From contig JBBISC010000002.1 in the NCBI GenBank assembly GCA_037441465.1, forward strand, positions 1-61,093: 61,093 nucleotides of DNA, in the 5' to 3' direction. Shown one piece after another: positions 28,514 through 37,237 of this stretch (its first letter is position 1; each line of letters opens with the position of its first letter). This stretch comes from Deltaproteobacteria bacterium. GTDB lineage: Bacteria; Desulfobacterota; Deferrimicrobia; Deferrimicrobiales; Deferrimicrobiaceae. The position numbers and the translations under genes were made by a program. Under the pieces are notes generated by a model. The model saw only the letters and a program-made list of their open reading frames with translations. It was not told where the DNA came from and did no database searches.

Positions 28514-30079
28514 CTACTTTTCCCTCAACGCGAAATCGAGAAGGAACTCCTGCTCGTACCCGCCGCCGCCGTCCTCTTCTCGCGGCCGGACCTCGAACAC
28601 CGTGTATCCCGGTTCCCCCACCACGGGCTGCGCGCGGACCGCGGCGAGAAAGGCGTTGACCCGGTTCTGCGCCTCCGCCGGCGTCTTCCCCGAGACGATC
28701 CCGCGGACCTCGCCCCGGCCGGCGAACGACCCGGACTCCGGCGAGAAAGCGGGAGTGAACGTCGCCGAACGGAACCGCATCTCCGACGGCACGGGGGCCC
28801 CCAGCGTCGCGAAGAGGGCCTTCCACCGGGTGAACGGGTTCTCGAGCGTCTTCTCTCCCCGACTCATTTCCGAGAGCGCGCTCCGCGTCGCCATCCAGCG
28901 GGAGATCTCCTCCGGCGACGCCGCCAGGCTCCGGGTGACCGCGGCCGCGCCGCCGAGGACGTCGCGGTACCGCATCGAAGCGTTGCGCAATCCCATGTAC
29001 AACCCCGCGTTCGCCAGGAGGAAGACGGCGAGGATGACGGCGACAGCGATGTAGCTCCCCCTCCGCTCCTTTCTCTGGAGATACTCCGCCGGGAGAAGGT
29101 TGACCCGGTCGACCCCCCACCCCTCCGCGGCCATCCCCACGGGAACCCCGAACGTCGCGGCGTCGAACGCGCCCTCTCCGCCGAAGACCGAGGCCCCCGC
29201 CGCCGGGTGCGCCCCGATCTCGAACTTCAGACGCTCCGAGATGAGACGTTTCGCCGCCTCGCCCGGCGGATCCCCGCTCCAGTAAAGGCGGGTGATGCTC
29301 CCCCCGCGGGAAATCTGGCGAAAATAGAGGAGCGAACGGGTGAGCTCCGTGACCAGACGCTCGGCGTGAACCGCTTCGCCGGAGAGAGGCGCGGGGGTCT
29401 CCGCAGCCGGGCCCCCGGCGAAGTCGATGTTCTTGTAGTCGGGTTCCTCCACGGCCTCCGCGGCGCGGCCGGGCAGCTCGAGCGCGAACTCCCGCGAAAA
29501 GCGCAGCTTCCCGGCCCCGGAGACGGAAATGACGCAACGCGACGGCTCCACGTGGAGGAACCCGCACAACTCGTCGGCGGCGTCTGCCGGGTGCAGCCCT
29601 GCGAGGGCCAGGGGGACGGAGACGACGCGGACGGGCGTCAGCCCCGCCTCGACGAGGAGGAAGACGAGCCGCCGGATCTCGAACTCCGGGACGTAAAGCG
29701 TCATCACCTCGTCGCGCTCATACCCTTGCTCCACCACCTTCCCGATGACTTCGCCCGTCACCCGCAGCTCGGCCACGGAGGTCGCCGTCTCCTGCGCGAT
29801 CTTCCCTCGCAGGAGTTCTTCTCGCGTCGTACCGGTCACCGGCGGAATCGCGAAGATCCGGTGCTCGATCACCGGCCCGAGGTAGCTGACAACGGCGCTC
29901 TTCGCCGTGAATCCGTTCTGTTCGAGAAAACCGCGGAGGAACTGGCCCACGGCCGCCGGCTCGCCGCCGGGGCGCTCCGTGACCGCCGCGCGGTGGATCT
30001 GCACCGGCCGTTCGCCGGGGGTGTACTCCACCGCCCGGATCACCCGCGGCGAGATCTCGATCGCCAGCATGCTGCTCAT
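28514..30079 (-). CDS. PilM-PilN (MshI/GspL-like) fusion assembly protein
   Basis: 521 aa. It has an actin-like N-terminal domain (LAIEISPRVIRAVEY...), an internal VNLLPAEYLQRKERR plus TM (the PilN signature), and a periplasmic C-terminal domain. Confidence 0.7.
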   Translation of the reverse strand: MSSMLAIEISPRVIRAVEYTPGERPVQIHRAAVTERPGGEPAAVGQFLRGFLEQNGFTAKSAVVSYLGPVIEHRIFAIPPVTGTTREELLRGKIAQETATSVAELRVTGEVIGKVVEQGYERDEVMTLYVPEFEIRRLVFLLVEAGLTPVRVVSVPLALAGLHPADAADELCGFLHVEPSRCVISVSGAGKLRFSREFALELPGRAAEAVEEPDYKNIDFAGGPAAETPAPLSGEAVHAERLVTELTRSLLYFRQISRGGSITRLYWSGDPPGEAAKRLISERLKFEIGAHPAAGASVFGGEGAFDAATFGVPVGMAAEGWGVDRVNLLPAEYLQRKERRGSYIAVAVILAVFLLANAGLYMGLRNASMRYRDVLGGAAAVTRSLAASPEEISRWMATRSALSEMSRGEKTLENPFTRWKALFATLGAPVPSEMRFRSATFTPAFSPESGSFAGRGEVRGIVSGKTPAEAQNRVNAFLAAVRAQPVVGEPGYTVFEVRPREEDGGGGYEQEFLLDFALREK

Positions 30080-30091
30080 TCGCCTATCCCT

Positions 30092-30901
30092 TCATCGCAG
30101 GTAGAGGTTCACCTGCGACTGCTGATTGTTGACCGGCACGTAGACCACCGCCTGTCCGGTCGCCGCCACCGGGCTTCCCACGAGCTGGCACGTTCCCGTC
30201 ACCGCGTGCAGCCCCGCATGGTAGCCGTTGAACGGATAAGGGGGGGCGAGCGGAATCGTAGCCGACACGCCGACCTGGCTCCCGTTGCTGGAGTAGTAGA
30301 ACGTCACCCCCATCGCCGTGACCTGGGCGGGCGCCGGGTTCAGGCGGTACAGCCCCGCGGCGGCGTCCCACACGTACAGGTTGACCAGCAGTCTTCCGGT
30401 GAGGATCACCGCGTTGGGTGGGTAGACCAGGTCATCCGCGCTACCGAAGGTGCGGTCCGCCGCCGCGCTCCGGATCTGCCCCGCCCCGTCCGGGGCCACG
30501 CCGTACCGGTAGGCGGTCCCCCAGGCGTCGTTGGTGTACCCCGCCGGGTCGAACCCGGCGTTGACGTAAGGTCCGTACCAGCCGACCTTCACGCCGAGGA
30601 GCCCTCCCCCGGGAAGTCCCTGGGGAGGAGGCGTGGGACCCGCGGTCCGCGTATTGAGCTCCGTGATGTTGGCGGGAAGCCTTCCAACGTCACCGACGAA
30701 CCCGGAGGTAGGGATCTTGGGATCCCCCATGATCGCGTTATATAGATCCTCCATCTCCTTTTTCGTCGCCTCCTCGCGGGACTGGTCGATGATCTTCACC
30801 GCGTAGGGAACCGCCATCGCCGCGAGGATCGAGATGACGGCGATCACGACGATCACCTCGATCAGGGTGAATCCGCCCGTCCCCGGCCTCCGCCCACTCA
30901 T
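30092..30901 (-). CDS. large pseudopilin with prepilin-type N-terminal cleavage/methylation domain
   Basis: Begins MSGRRPGTGGFTLIEVIVVIAVISILAAMAVPY. It is 269 aa, and the ATG overlaps the gspF stop (ATGA). Confidence 0.8.
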   Translation of the reverse strand: MSGRRPGTGGFTLIEVIVVIAVISILAAMAVPYAVKIIDQSREEATKKEMEDLYNAIMGDPKIPTSGFVGDVGRLPANITELNTRTAGPTPPPQGLPGGGLLGVKVGWYGPYVNAGFDPAGYTNDAWGTAYRYGVAPDGAGQIRSAAADRTFGSADDLVYPPNAVILTGRLLVNLYVWDAAAGLYRLNPAPAQVTAMGVTFYYSSNGSQVGVSATIPLAPPYPFNGYHAGLHAVTGTCQLVGSPVAATGQAVVYVPVNNQQSQVNLYLR

Positions 30902-32109
30902 TTCCCCGCTCCCAACGACCCGACCATCTTGTAGAGCGCGAGGAAGAACGACAGCGCCGCCCCGAGGACGACGAGCGCCAGGAGGATCGTCATCACGGGT
31001 TCGAGGATGGCGAACGTCTTCTTCACGATCGCCGGCACCTCCCGGTCGTAATACGCGGAGACGTTTTCGAGGGTGTCGTCGAGGTTTCCGGACGACTCCC
31101 CGGCCGAGACCATCCGCAGGACCATCGGGGGAAACTCGCCCGATTTCCGCAGCGCGACCGAGAGCCCGCCTCCCGCGATCATCTCCTCCCGCGCCTGTCG
31201 GACCACCGCCGCGAGCACCCGGTTCCCCATCACCTTCTCCACCACGGCAAGGGTCTGCGTCATCTCGACCCCCGCCCGGAAGAGGGACGCGGTGAAATGG
31301 CTGAACTGGCTCATCTCGATCCCCCGGATCACCTCCCCGACGAGCGGGATCTTCAGCTTCCAGCCGTCCACCCGAAACCGCCCGGCCTCGGTCCGCCCGT
31401 ACATCCGCAGCGCGACGACAAAAAGCACGATGGCGGCGAGCGCGTACAGGCCGTAGTCCCGGAAGAATCCGCTGATCCCGATCACGACGCGCGTGGGGAG
31501 CGGAAGATCGATGGCCGCCCCCTTGAAGATGGAGAGGAACCGGGGAAAGACGAAGGTGAAGAGCAGGACAATGAGCCCCGAAACCATGGCGACGACCGTC
31601 ATCGGATAGTACGTCGCCTGCCGGATCGTCTTGCCGAGCTCCTCCTGCCACGTGAGGAACCGGTTGAGGTCGGAGAGCGCCCCGTCGATGTTCCCCGTCA
31701 CCTCGCCCGCCCGCATGATCGAGATGAAGACCTCGGGGAAAACGTCCGGGTGCAGCGCGAACGACCCGGAAAGGGTCGCCCCGGACTGGACGTTTCGGCG
31801 GATGTCCCTCAGCACCTCGCGGAACTCCGGGTTGGTGGACTGCTCGGCGACGTCCGAGAGGCCGCTGACCAGCGATACCCCCGCGCCGAGAAGCGTCTTG
31901 AGGTGGTAGGTGAAGTCGATGAGGTCGATCCGTTTTATCTTCTGCCGGAAGAGCGCGCGTCCGCTGCTCTCCGCCACCTGCCGGTTGGAGACCAGGTGCA
32001 TCCCCATCGCCGCCAGTTGGTCCCGCAGCGATTTCTCGTCCGGCGACGACATCGTTCCGCGGGCCTTGCGCCCGTAGTCGTCCACCGCGGTGTAGTCGTA
32101 TCGGGCCAT
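30898..32109 (-). CDS. gspF: type II secretion / type IV pilus platform protein (GspF/PilC/MshG)
   Basis: 403 aa with two GspF repeats (LLGAGVSLVSGL...; LFRAGVEMTQTL...) and three TM segments. Confidence 0.9.
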   Translation of the reverse strand: MARYDYTAVDDYGRKARGTMSSPDEKSLRDQLAAMGMHLVSNRQVAESSGRALFRQKIKRIDLIDFTYHLKTLLGAGVSLVSGLSDVAEQSTNPEFREVLRDIRRNVQSGATLSGSFALHPDVFPEVFISIMRAGEVTGNIDGALSDLNRFLTWQEELGKTIRQATYYPMTVVAMVSGLIVLLFTFVFPRFLSIFKGAAIDLPLPTRVVIGISGFFRDYGLYALAAIVLFVVALRMYGRTEAGRFRVDGWKLKIPLVGEVIRGIEMSQFSHFTASLFRAGVEMTQTLAVVEKVMGNRVLAAVVRQAREEMIAGGGLSVALRKSGEFPPMVLRMVSAGESSGNLDDTLENVSAYYDREVPAIVKKTFAILEPVMTILLALVVLGAALSFFLALYKMVGSLGAGK

Positions 32110-32110
32110 C

Positions 32111-33802
32111 TCAGGTCAGCTGCACCACTTCCTCCAGCGTGGTCATCCCGCGCATCGCCTTTGCGACCCCGTCCTGCCGCATCGTCGTCATCCCCTCCGA
32201 CATCGCCTCCTCGAGCAGATCCTGGCTGTTCGCCCGCTTCATGATCAGGCGCGCGATCGCGGGGGTCACCTCCATCAGCTCGTACACGCCGACGCGCCCC
32301 CGGAACCCCGTCTGCCCGCACTGCGCGCACCCCGCCCCCCGCAGGAACGTCCCGTGGATCGATTCCGCCGGCAGCCCCGCCCGTTCGATCGTCTCCACCG
32401 ATGGGGTGTACGTCTCCCTGCACGCCGTGCAACTGACGCGGATCAGCGCCTGGCCGATGATCGCCCGCAGCGACGACGCCACCAGGAACGGCTCCTGCCC
32501 CATGTTGATGAGCCGCGGAACCGCGCCCGAGGCATCGTTCGTGTGGAGCGTCGAGAAGACGAGGTGCCCGGTCAAGGCCGACCGGACGGCCAGCTCCACC
32601 GTCTCGCCGTCCCGCATCTCCCCGACGAGGATGACGTCGGGGTCGTGCCGCAGGATCGACCGGAGCCCGGAGGCGAAGGTGAGCCCCGCCTTCACGTTGA
32701 TCTGGCACTGTCGTATGACCGGCAGTTCGTACTCGACCGGATCCTCCAGCGTGACGATGCTGCGCTCGAGGCTGTTGATGTAGGAGAGGGCGGAGTAGAG
32801 CGTCGTGGTCTTGCCGGATCCCGTCGGTCCGCACACCGTGATGATCCCGTTGCGGCTCTCGATCAGCCGCCGGAAACGCGCAAGGGTCGTCTCGTCGAAC
32901 CCGAGGGACTCGAGGCCCAGGACCAGCTTCGACTTGTCGAGCACCCGCAGGACGAGGTTTTCCCCGTGCACCGTGGGGAGCGTCGAGACGCGGAGATCGA
33001 TCTTCCGCTTGCCGACGTAGAAGTTGATCTTGCCGTCCTGGGGTTGCCGCGTCTCGGCGATGTTCATCGAGGAGAGGATCTTCACGCGGGCGGTGACGGC
33101 CGGCTGCAGCATCTTGGGGAGGGACGGCCCCATCCGCAGCTTTCCGTCGACCCGGTATCGGATCCGGAACACCCGCTCCTCGGGCTCCATGTGGATGTCC
33201 GTCGCCCCGTCCTGCACCCCGGTCAGGAAGATCTGGTCGACGAGGCGGATGATGGGCGCGCCCGCCGCGAGGTCCGCTTCGGAGAGACGGCCGGCCTCCA
33301 CCTGCCGGATCGACTTCTGGACGATCTCCTCGATGGAGACGCCGCCGGTGTAATACTGGTCGATCGCGGCAAGGACGCTGCTCTCGGTGGCCGAGACGAC
33401 GTCCACCACATACCCGGTGATCCGCTGGACCTCGTCGATCGCCAGGACGTCGAAGACGTTCGCCAGGGCGACGGTCAATTTCGGCGGTTCGAGGAGGACC
33501 GGGATCAGCTTGTGGCGGCGCGCGAGGCTTTCGGGGACGCATTTCAGGGCCGCCGGCTCGATCAGGTAGCTGTCGAGCTGGACGAAGTTGACGCCGGCCT
33601 GGGAGGCGAGGACCGCGGAGATCTGCTCCTGGGTTACGAAGCCCAGGTTGATCAGGATCTCCCCGATCCGCTCCCCGGTGCGCTTCTGCTCGCGCAGGGA
33701 AAGGTCCAGCTGGTCGGGGGTGACGATCCCCGCGTCGATCAGCCGCTCGCCGAGCATCTTCCGGCGGGGCGGCGCCTTCGCGTCCCCTGCCGCGGTCGTC
33801 AT
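32111..33802 (-). CDS. gspE: GspE/PilB/MshE secretion ATPase with N-terminal MshEN domain
   Basis: It has Walker A (GPTGSGKTT), the Asp box, Walker B (ILVGEMRD), a tetracysteine motif (CTAC...CAQC) and an N-terminal double LGxxLIxxGIV...Q motif. Confidence 0.92.
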   Translation of the reverse strand: MTTAAGDAKAPPRRKMLGERLIDAGIVTPDQLDLSLREQKRTGERIGEILINLGFVTQEQISAVLASQAGVNFVQLDSYLIEPAALKCVPESLARRHKLIPVLLEPPKLTVALANVFDVLAIDEVQRITGYVVDVVSATESSVLAAIDQYYTGGVSIEEIVQKSIRQVEAGRLSEADLAAGAPIIRLVDQIFLTGVQDGATDIHMEPEERVFRIRYRVDGKLRMGPSLPKMLQPAVTARVKILSSMNIAETRQPQDGKINFYVGKRKIDLRVSTLPTVHGENLVLRVLDKSKLVLGLESLGFDETTLARFRRLIESRNGIITVCGPTGSGKTTTLYSALSYINSLERSIVTLEDPVEYELPVIRQCQINVKAGLTFASGLRSILRHDPDVILVGEMRDGETVELAVRSALTGHLVFSTLHTNDASGAVPRLINMGQEPFLVASSLRAIIGQALIRVSCTACRETYTPSVETIERAGLPAESIHGTFLRGAGCAQCGQTGFRGRVGVYELMEVTPAIARLIMKRANSQDLLEEAMSEGMTTMRQDGVAKAMRGMTTLEEVVQLT

Positions 33803-33879
33803 CCGGTCACCCTGCGGCGCCGGCGAAAAAAAAGCCGAAGGGAGGGCCTTCGGCTTTCCTCGCGGCGCGTCTGCGTCCC

Positions 33880-34455
33880 TTACCGTACACGGAACCCGAT
33901 GTCGTCGCCTCCCGTCACGGTCGTGGCGGCGGCGATGTTCGTCTCTACGATGCCGTTCGGCCCCGCGGAGAGGACCCAGACCGGGATGGGCGGCACAACC
34001 GCCGACGTGAAATTCGCTGCGTTAATGACGTACGGCCTCCCCCACGGGTCGACGGGCAACGTGGCTGCGTAGGGACCGTTCCACCTCGTGTCTCCGGCGG
34101 CGGGGTACGTGTGGCCGTTCGTGACCAGGTGGGTGTCCAGGGAATTCCACAGGGCGCCGGGCGCGGCCCAGCCGGTGGCCGCCCCGAAGAAGGCCGCCGG
34201 CGGCGTGGTGGCGCCGGTGTAAAGCCCGCCGTAATCCGCCACGGCGGTGTTCCGGTTCGGCCAGCGGCCCAGGTCCTTGTAGGCGTTGGTGACGGCCGCC
34301 GCGATCACCTGCACTTCGTTGCGTGACTTGGCGATCTTGGAGTCGTCGATGTACTTCGTGATGTACGGCGTCAGGACCGCGGCCAGGATGGCGATCACCG
34401 CCACCACCACGACCACCTCGATCAGCGTGAACCCCTTCTCGTTCCGTTTGCGCAT
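33880..34455 (-). CDS. gspG: GspG-like major pseudopilin
   Basis: Begins MRKRNEKGFTLIEVVVVVAVIAILAAVLTPY and contains VDPWGRPYVI (the GspG DPWG.PY motif). The ATG at 34455 is preceded by GGGAGGGGAGG. Confidence 0.8.
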   Translation of the reverse strand: MRKRNEKGFTLIEVVVVVAVIAILAAVLTPYITKYIDDSKIAKSRNEVQVIAAAVTNAYKDLGRWPNRNTAVADYGGLYTGATTPPAAFFGAATGWAAPGALWNSLDTHLVTNGHTYPAAGDTRWNGPYAATLPVDPWGRPYVINAANFTSAVVPPIPVWVLSAGPNGIVETNIAAATTVTGGDDIGFRVR

Positions 34456-34543
34456 CGCGCCTCCCCTCCCGAGTAGTACATCCGTTCGATCCGCTCCCGA
34501 CCGCAAAACGGCCACAACGCTTTCGATCAATTACGCTCATTTA

Positions 34544-34572
34544 TACATAATGATACTCCATTGATCTGTCAA
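34544..34572 (-). promoter_or_regulatory. sigma70-like promoter (TTGACA-N17-TATGTA) for the gspG-led operon
   Basis: The minus-sense sequence is cccTTGACAgatcaatggagtatcatTATGTAtaaat, about 90 nt upstream of the gspG ATG. It lies in the only AT-rich patch of this spacer. Confidence 0.45.
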
Positions 34573-34856
34573 GGGAGATCTTCGCAGGGGAGGTCGCCAG
34601 GCTGCATTTCATAAATTCGGCAACGTATCCAAACTGCGAACCCGGAAGTCGCTGTGCCTCCAGGACTCACCCTTCGGCTGCGCCGCCTCGGAGGGGGACT
34701 CCGTTCGTGGCTCGCCGTGCGGTGAACCTGCACGGCTGCGCTTTACCTCACTGCGCCCCCCTCCTGCGGCGACTTTGCTGGACCCTCCCGTTGCGTGCGC
34801 CTTCCGTGCTGTCTTCCCGATACGTTACCGTATTTATGACGGGAACCACCAAGCGG

Positions 34857-35852
34857 TCAGCTGGTCCGGGACGTGATGTAGTCGGACAGGACGATCAGGG
34901 CGGACCGGGCCGGCGAGTCGGGAAAGCCGGCAAGGTATCGCTTCCCGCGCCGGACGTACTCCCTCGCACGGGAGGCGGCATACCCGAGCCCGTCATGGCG
35001 GGCCACCAGGCCGGCGAGGAAGGCGACGTCGCGGTCCGCAGGCTCCTTCTTCGCGAGGACGCGCCGCGCCCGCTCGCGGTCCGCGGCCCCCGCCTCGCGC
35101 AGCGCGTGCAGGAGCGGAAGCGTCACCTTCCCCTCCCGCAAATCCTGCAGGGGGCGCTTGCCGAGCGACTTCTCCGTCCCCGTGAAGTCGAGGATGTCGT
35201 CGACCAACTGGAACGCGATCCCGATCGACTTCCCGAACCCGAACATCTCCTTGCGCGTCGCGGTGTCCGCCCCGGCGAGCACCGCCCCGGTTTCAGCGGC
35301 CGCGGCGATGAGCGACGCGGTCTTGCAGAAGACGACGGTCAGGTACTCCTTCTCCGTGACCCCCGCGTCGCGCGTCTTCATCAACTGAAGCACCTCCCCT
35401 TCCGAGAGGTGGACCAGGGTGCGCGCGTAGATCCCGAGGACGTCGATGTCGCCGTCATCCGTCATCAACTGCGAAGCGCGGGCGAAGAGGAAGTCGCCCA
35501 CGAGGACGCTCACGGAGTTGCCGAACACGACGTTCGCCGACGGTTTGCCGCGGCGCACCGTCCCGGTGTCGACCACGTCGTCGTGCAGGAGGGCCGCCGT
35601 GTGCATGTACTCCGTCACGACGGACATCACGGTCCGCCTGAAGCCCCGGTAGCCGCAGGCGTCCGCGGTCAGGAGGAGGATCGCGGGGCGGACCCGCTTC
35701 CCGCCGGACAGGGTGATGTGCCTTCCGACGACGGGGATGAGCGGAACGGGGGAGGCCAGGTTGGAGACGAGCGCCCGCTCGACCGTGCACAGGTCGCGGC
35801 TCAGATAGCGGAAGACGCCGTCGATGTCGATGATCCTTCTCCTCCCGGGCAC
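34857..35852 (-). CDS. polyprenyl diphosphate synthase (IspB-like, long-chain)
   Basis: Contains LLHDDVVDTGTVRRGKPSAN (first DDxxD) and FQLVDDILDF (second DDxxD). It fits the menaquinone side-chain context. Confidence 0.85.
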   Translation of the reverse strand: MPGRRRIIDIDGVFRYLSRDLCTVERALVSNLASPVPLIPVVGRHITLSGGKRVRPAILLLTADACGYRGFRRTVMSVVTEYMHTAALLHDDVVDTGTVRRGKPSANVVFGNSVSVLVGDFLFARASQLMTDDGDIDVLGIYARTLVHLSEGEVLQLMKTRDAGVTEKEYLTVVFCKTASLIAAAAETGAVLAGADTATRKEMFGFGKSIGIAFQLVDDILDFTGTEKSLGKRPLQDLREGKVTLPLLHALREAGAADRERARRVLAKKEPADRDVAFLAGLVARHDGLGYAASRAREYVRRGKRYLAGFPDSPARSALIVLSDYITSRTS

Positions 35853-35906
35853 GTTGACTGTATCGTACAGGATTTCGGGCTGTCAACGGAGTCGAGTTCC
35901 AGTAGC

Positions 35907-36518
35907 ATGGTGGGCATGTACGACCGGAAAGATGCGTATTACCGGCAGGCGAAAAAGGAAGGGTACCGCTCCCGGGCGGCGTACAAGCTGACGCAGATCG
36001 CCGCGAAGGAGAAGGCGGTGCGCCCCGGGGACCGCGTGATCGACGCGGGAGCCGCGCCGGGCGGCTGGAGCCAGATCCTCCTCGGCATGGTGGGCGGCAA
36101 GGGGAAAATCGCCGCCGTCGACCTCCTCCCGATGGCGACGCTGCCCGGGGAGAACTTCCGCTTCTGGCAACGGGACCTGACCGACCCCGCACTGCCGGCC
36201 GAGCTCCTCGAATTCCTCGGGGGGAAGGCCGACGTGGTCGTCTCGGACGCCGCCCCCAACACGACCGGATCCTCCTTCACCGACAAGGCGCGCTCCGCGG
36301 ACCTCGTCCGGTCCGTCTTCGGCCTGGCGCGGGAGACGCTGCGCGGCGGGGGGACCTTCCTCGCGAAGATCTTCGGCGGCGCGGAAGCCGATGCGGTCTT
36401 CCGGGAACTCAAGCCGTTCTTCACCGAACTTCGCCGCCTCCGCCCCGAGGCGACCCGCAAGGAGTCGTTCGAACTCTACTTCCTCGGTAAAGGGTTCGGT
36501 CGGCAGGCTACCAGGTAG
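35907..36518 (+). CDS. rlmE: 23S rRNA (uridine-2-prime-O)-methyltransferase RlmE/FtsJ
   Basis: Contains YYRQAKKEGYRSRAAYKLTQI, VIDAGAAPGGWSQ and VVVSDAAPNTTG. The start is at 35907 or at the ATG at 35916. Confidence 0.88.
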   Translation: MVGMYDRKDAYYRQAKKEGYRSRAAYKLTQIAAKEKAVRPGDRVIDAGAAPGGWSQILLGMVGGKGKIAAVDLLPMATLPGENFRFWQRDLTDPALPAELLEFLGGKADVVVSDAAPNTTGSSFTDKARSADLVRSVFGLARETLRGGGTFLAKIFGGAEADAVFRELKPFFTELRRLRPEATRKESFELYFLGKGFGRQATR

Positions 36519-36937
36519 CGGTATCCGTATTCCATCACGGTCTCGCCTTTCTGGTTCACAACCTTGCACTTCAAGCCCGCGATCCCCCGGTCCGGCTTGC
36601 TCCGGGACCGGCGGAGACCTTCCCACCGTGCCTCGACGGTCAAGACGTCTCCCGGACGGACGGGGAGAGGCGTTCTCACATCGTCGACGCTCAGGCCCGA
36701 CAGGATCGCAAGGTCCCCGTGGGCATCCACCACGACGCGCGTACAGCAAGATATGGTGTGCAAGGCGGACGCGATCACGTCGCCGAAGATCGATCGGCGT
36801 GCGGCGTCCTCGTCCGCGTGGAACGGGAGCGGGTCGTACTCCTTCCCGAAGGCAATGATCCCTTCCCGGTCGAACGCCACGGGCCGGCACGTGAAACTTT
36901 CCCCCTCCGTCAAATCCTCCCAGTATCTCTTGCCCAT
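36476..36937 (-). CDS. MaoC-like (R)-hydratase / hot-dog fold protein
   Basis: Begins MGKRYWEDLTEGESFTCRPVAFDREGIIAFGKEYDPLPFHADEDAARRSIFG. It converges on and overlaps the rlmE 3-prime end by about 40 nt. Confidence 0.7.
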   Translation of the reverse strand: MGKRYWEDLTEGESFTCRPVAFDREGIIAFGKEYDPLPFHADEDAARRSIFGDVIASALHTISCCTRVVVDAHGDLAILSGLSVDDVRTPLPVRPGDVLTVEARWEGLRRSRSKPDRGIAGLKCKVVNQKGETVMEYGYRYLVACRPNPLPRK

Positions 36938-36939
36938 AC

Positions 36940-37200
36940 TCAAGACTCCCGACGGATCTTATCTGCCAACTGACGGGACAGATCGCGCCCGGCGCCGGCT
37001 CGTTTCTCCGCCATCAGAAAGAGTCCTTTCCCTCCGCTCTTCTCTTCCCACAACGCGCCGAGGTTCCGCTTCTCCCTGGTATCCGCGGAATCCGCGATAT
37101 GCTCGCCCTTGTACTCGACTACCAGAATCCGTCCGTCCGTAAGTTCCGCAACGAAATCGGGATAGAACCGGACGGCGACGTGGGAAGCCAGAAGGAGAAG
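36940..37200 (-). pseudogene. 3-prime remnant of a PD-(D/E)xK nuclease domain (as found at the C-terminus of type III/helicase-type restriction proteins)
   Basis: Reads VRFYPDFVAELTDGRILVVEYKGEHIADSADTREKRNLGALWEEK, with no credible N-terminus or start. The upstream part collides with the GIY-YIG pseudogene. Confidence 0.45.
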
Positions 37201-37237
37201 GCGGGCTGTGGGGCAAGATTGCGGACCCAGTAGTGCA

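Noticed and set aside
25718-30745. Very long alternative-frame and antisense ORFs, for example 1675 aa at 25718-30745(+), 1013 aa at 21151-24192(+), 829 aa at 12878-15367(-) and 777 aa at 46708-49041(+)
   Set aside because: They are shadows of real genes in a high-GC genome, where stop codons are rare off-frame. Their translations are dominated by R/P/G/A/D, contain no recognisable domains, and completely overlap well-supported genes.
34456-34560. Sigma54 promoter (TGGCAC-N5-TTGC) upstream of gspG
   Set aside because: The only candidate (TGGCCGTTTTGCGG) has 7 rather than 10 nt between the GG and GC dinucleotides.
34640-34800. GEMM-I c-di-GMP riboswitch in the gspG upstream spacer
   Set aside because: There are only loose resemblances (CGCACGCAA..., GCAAAGTC). 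I could not build the two-hairpin GNRA/receptor architecture by eye, and the segment lies upstream of the best promoter candidate. It is reported as a low-interest finding rather than a feature.
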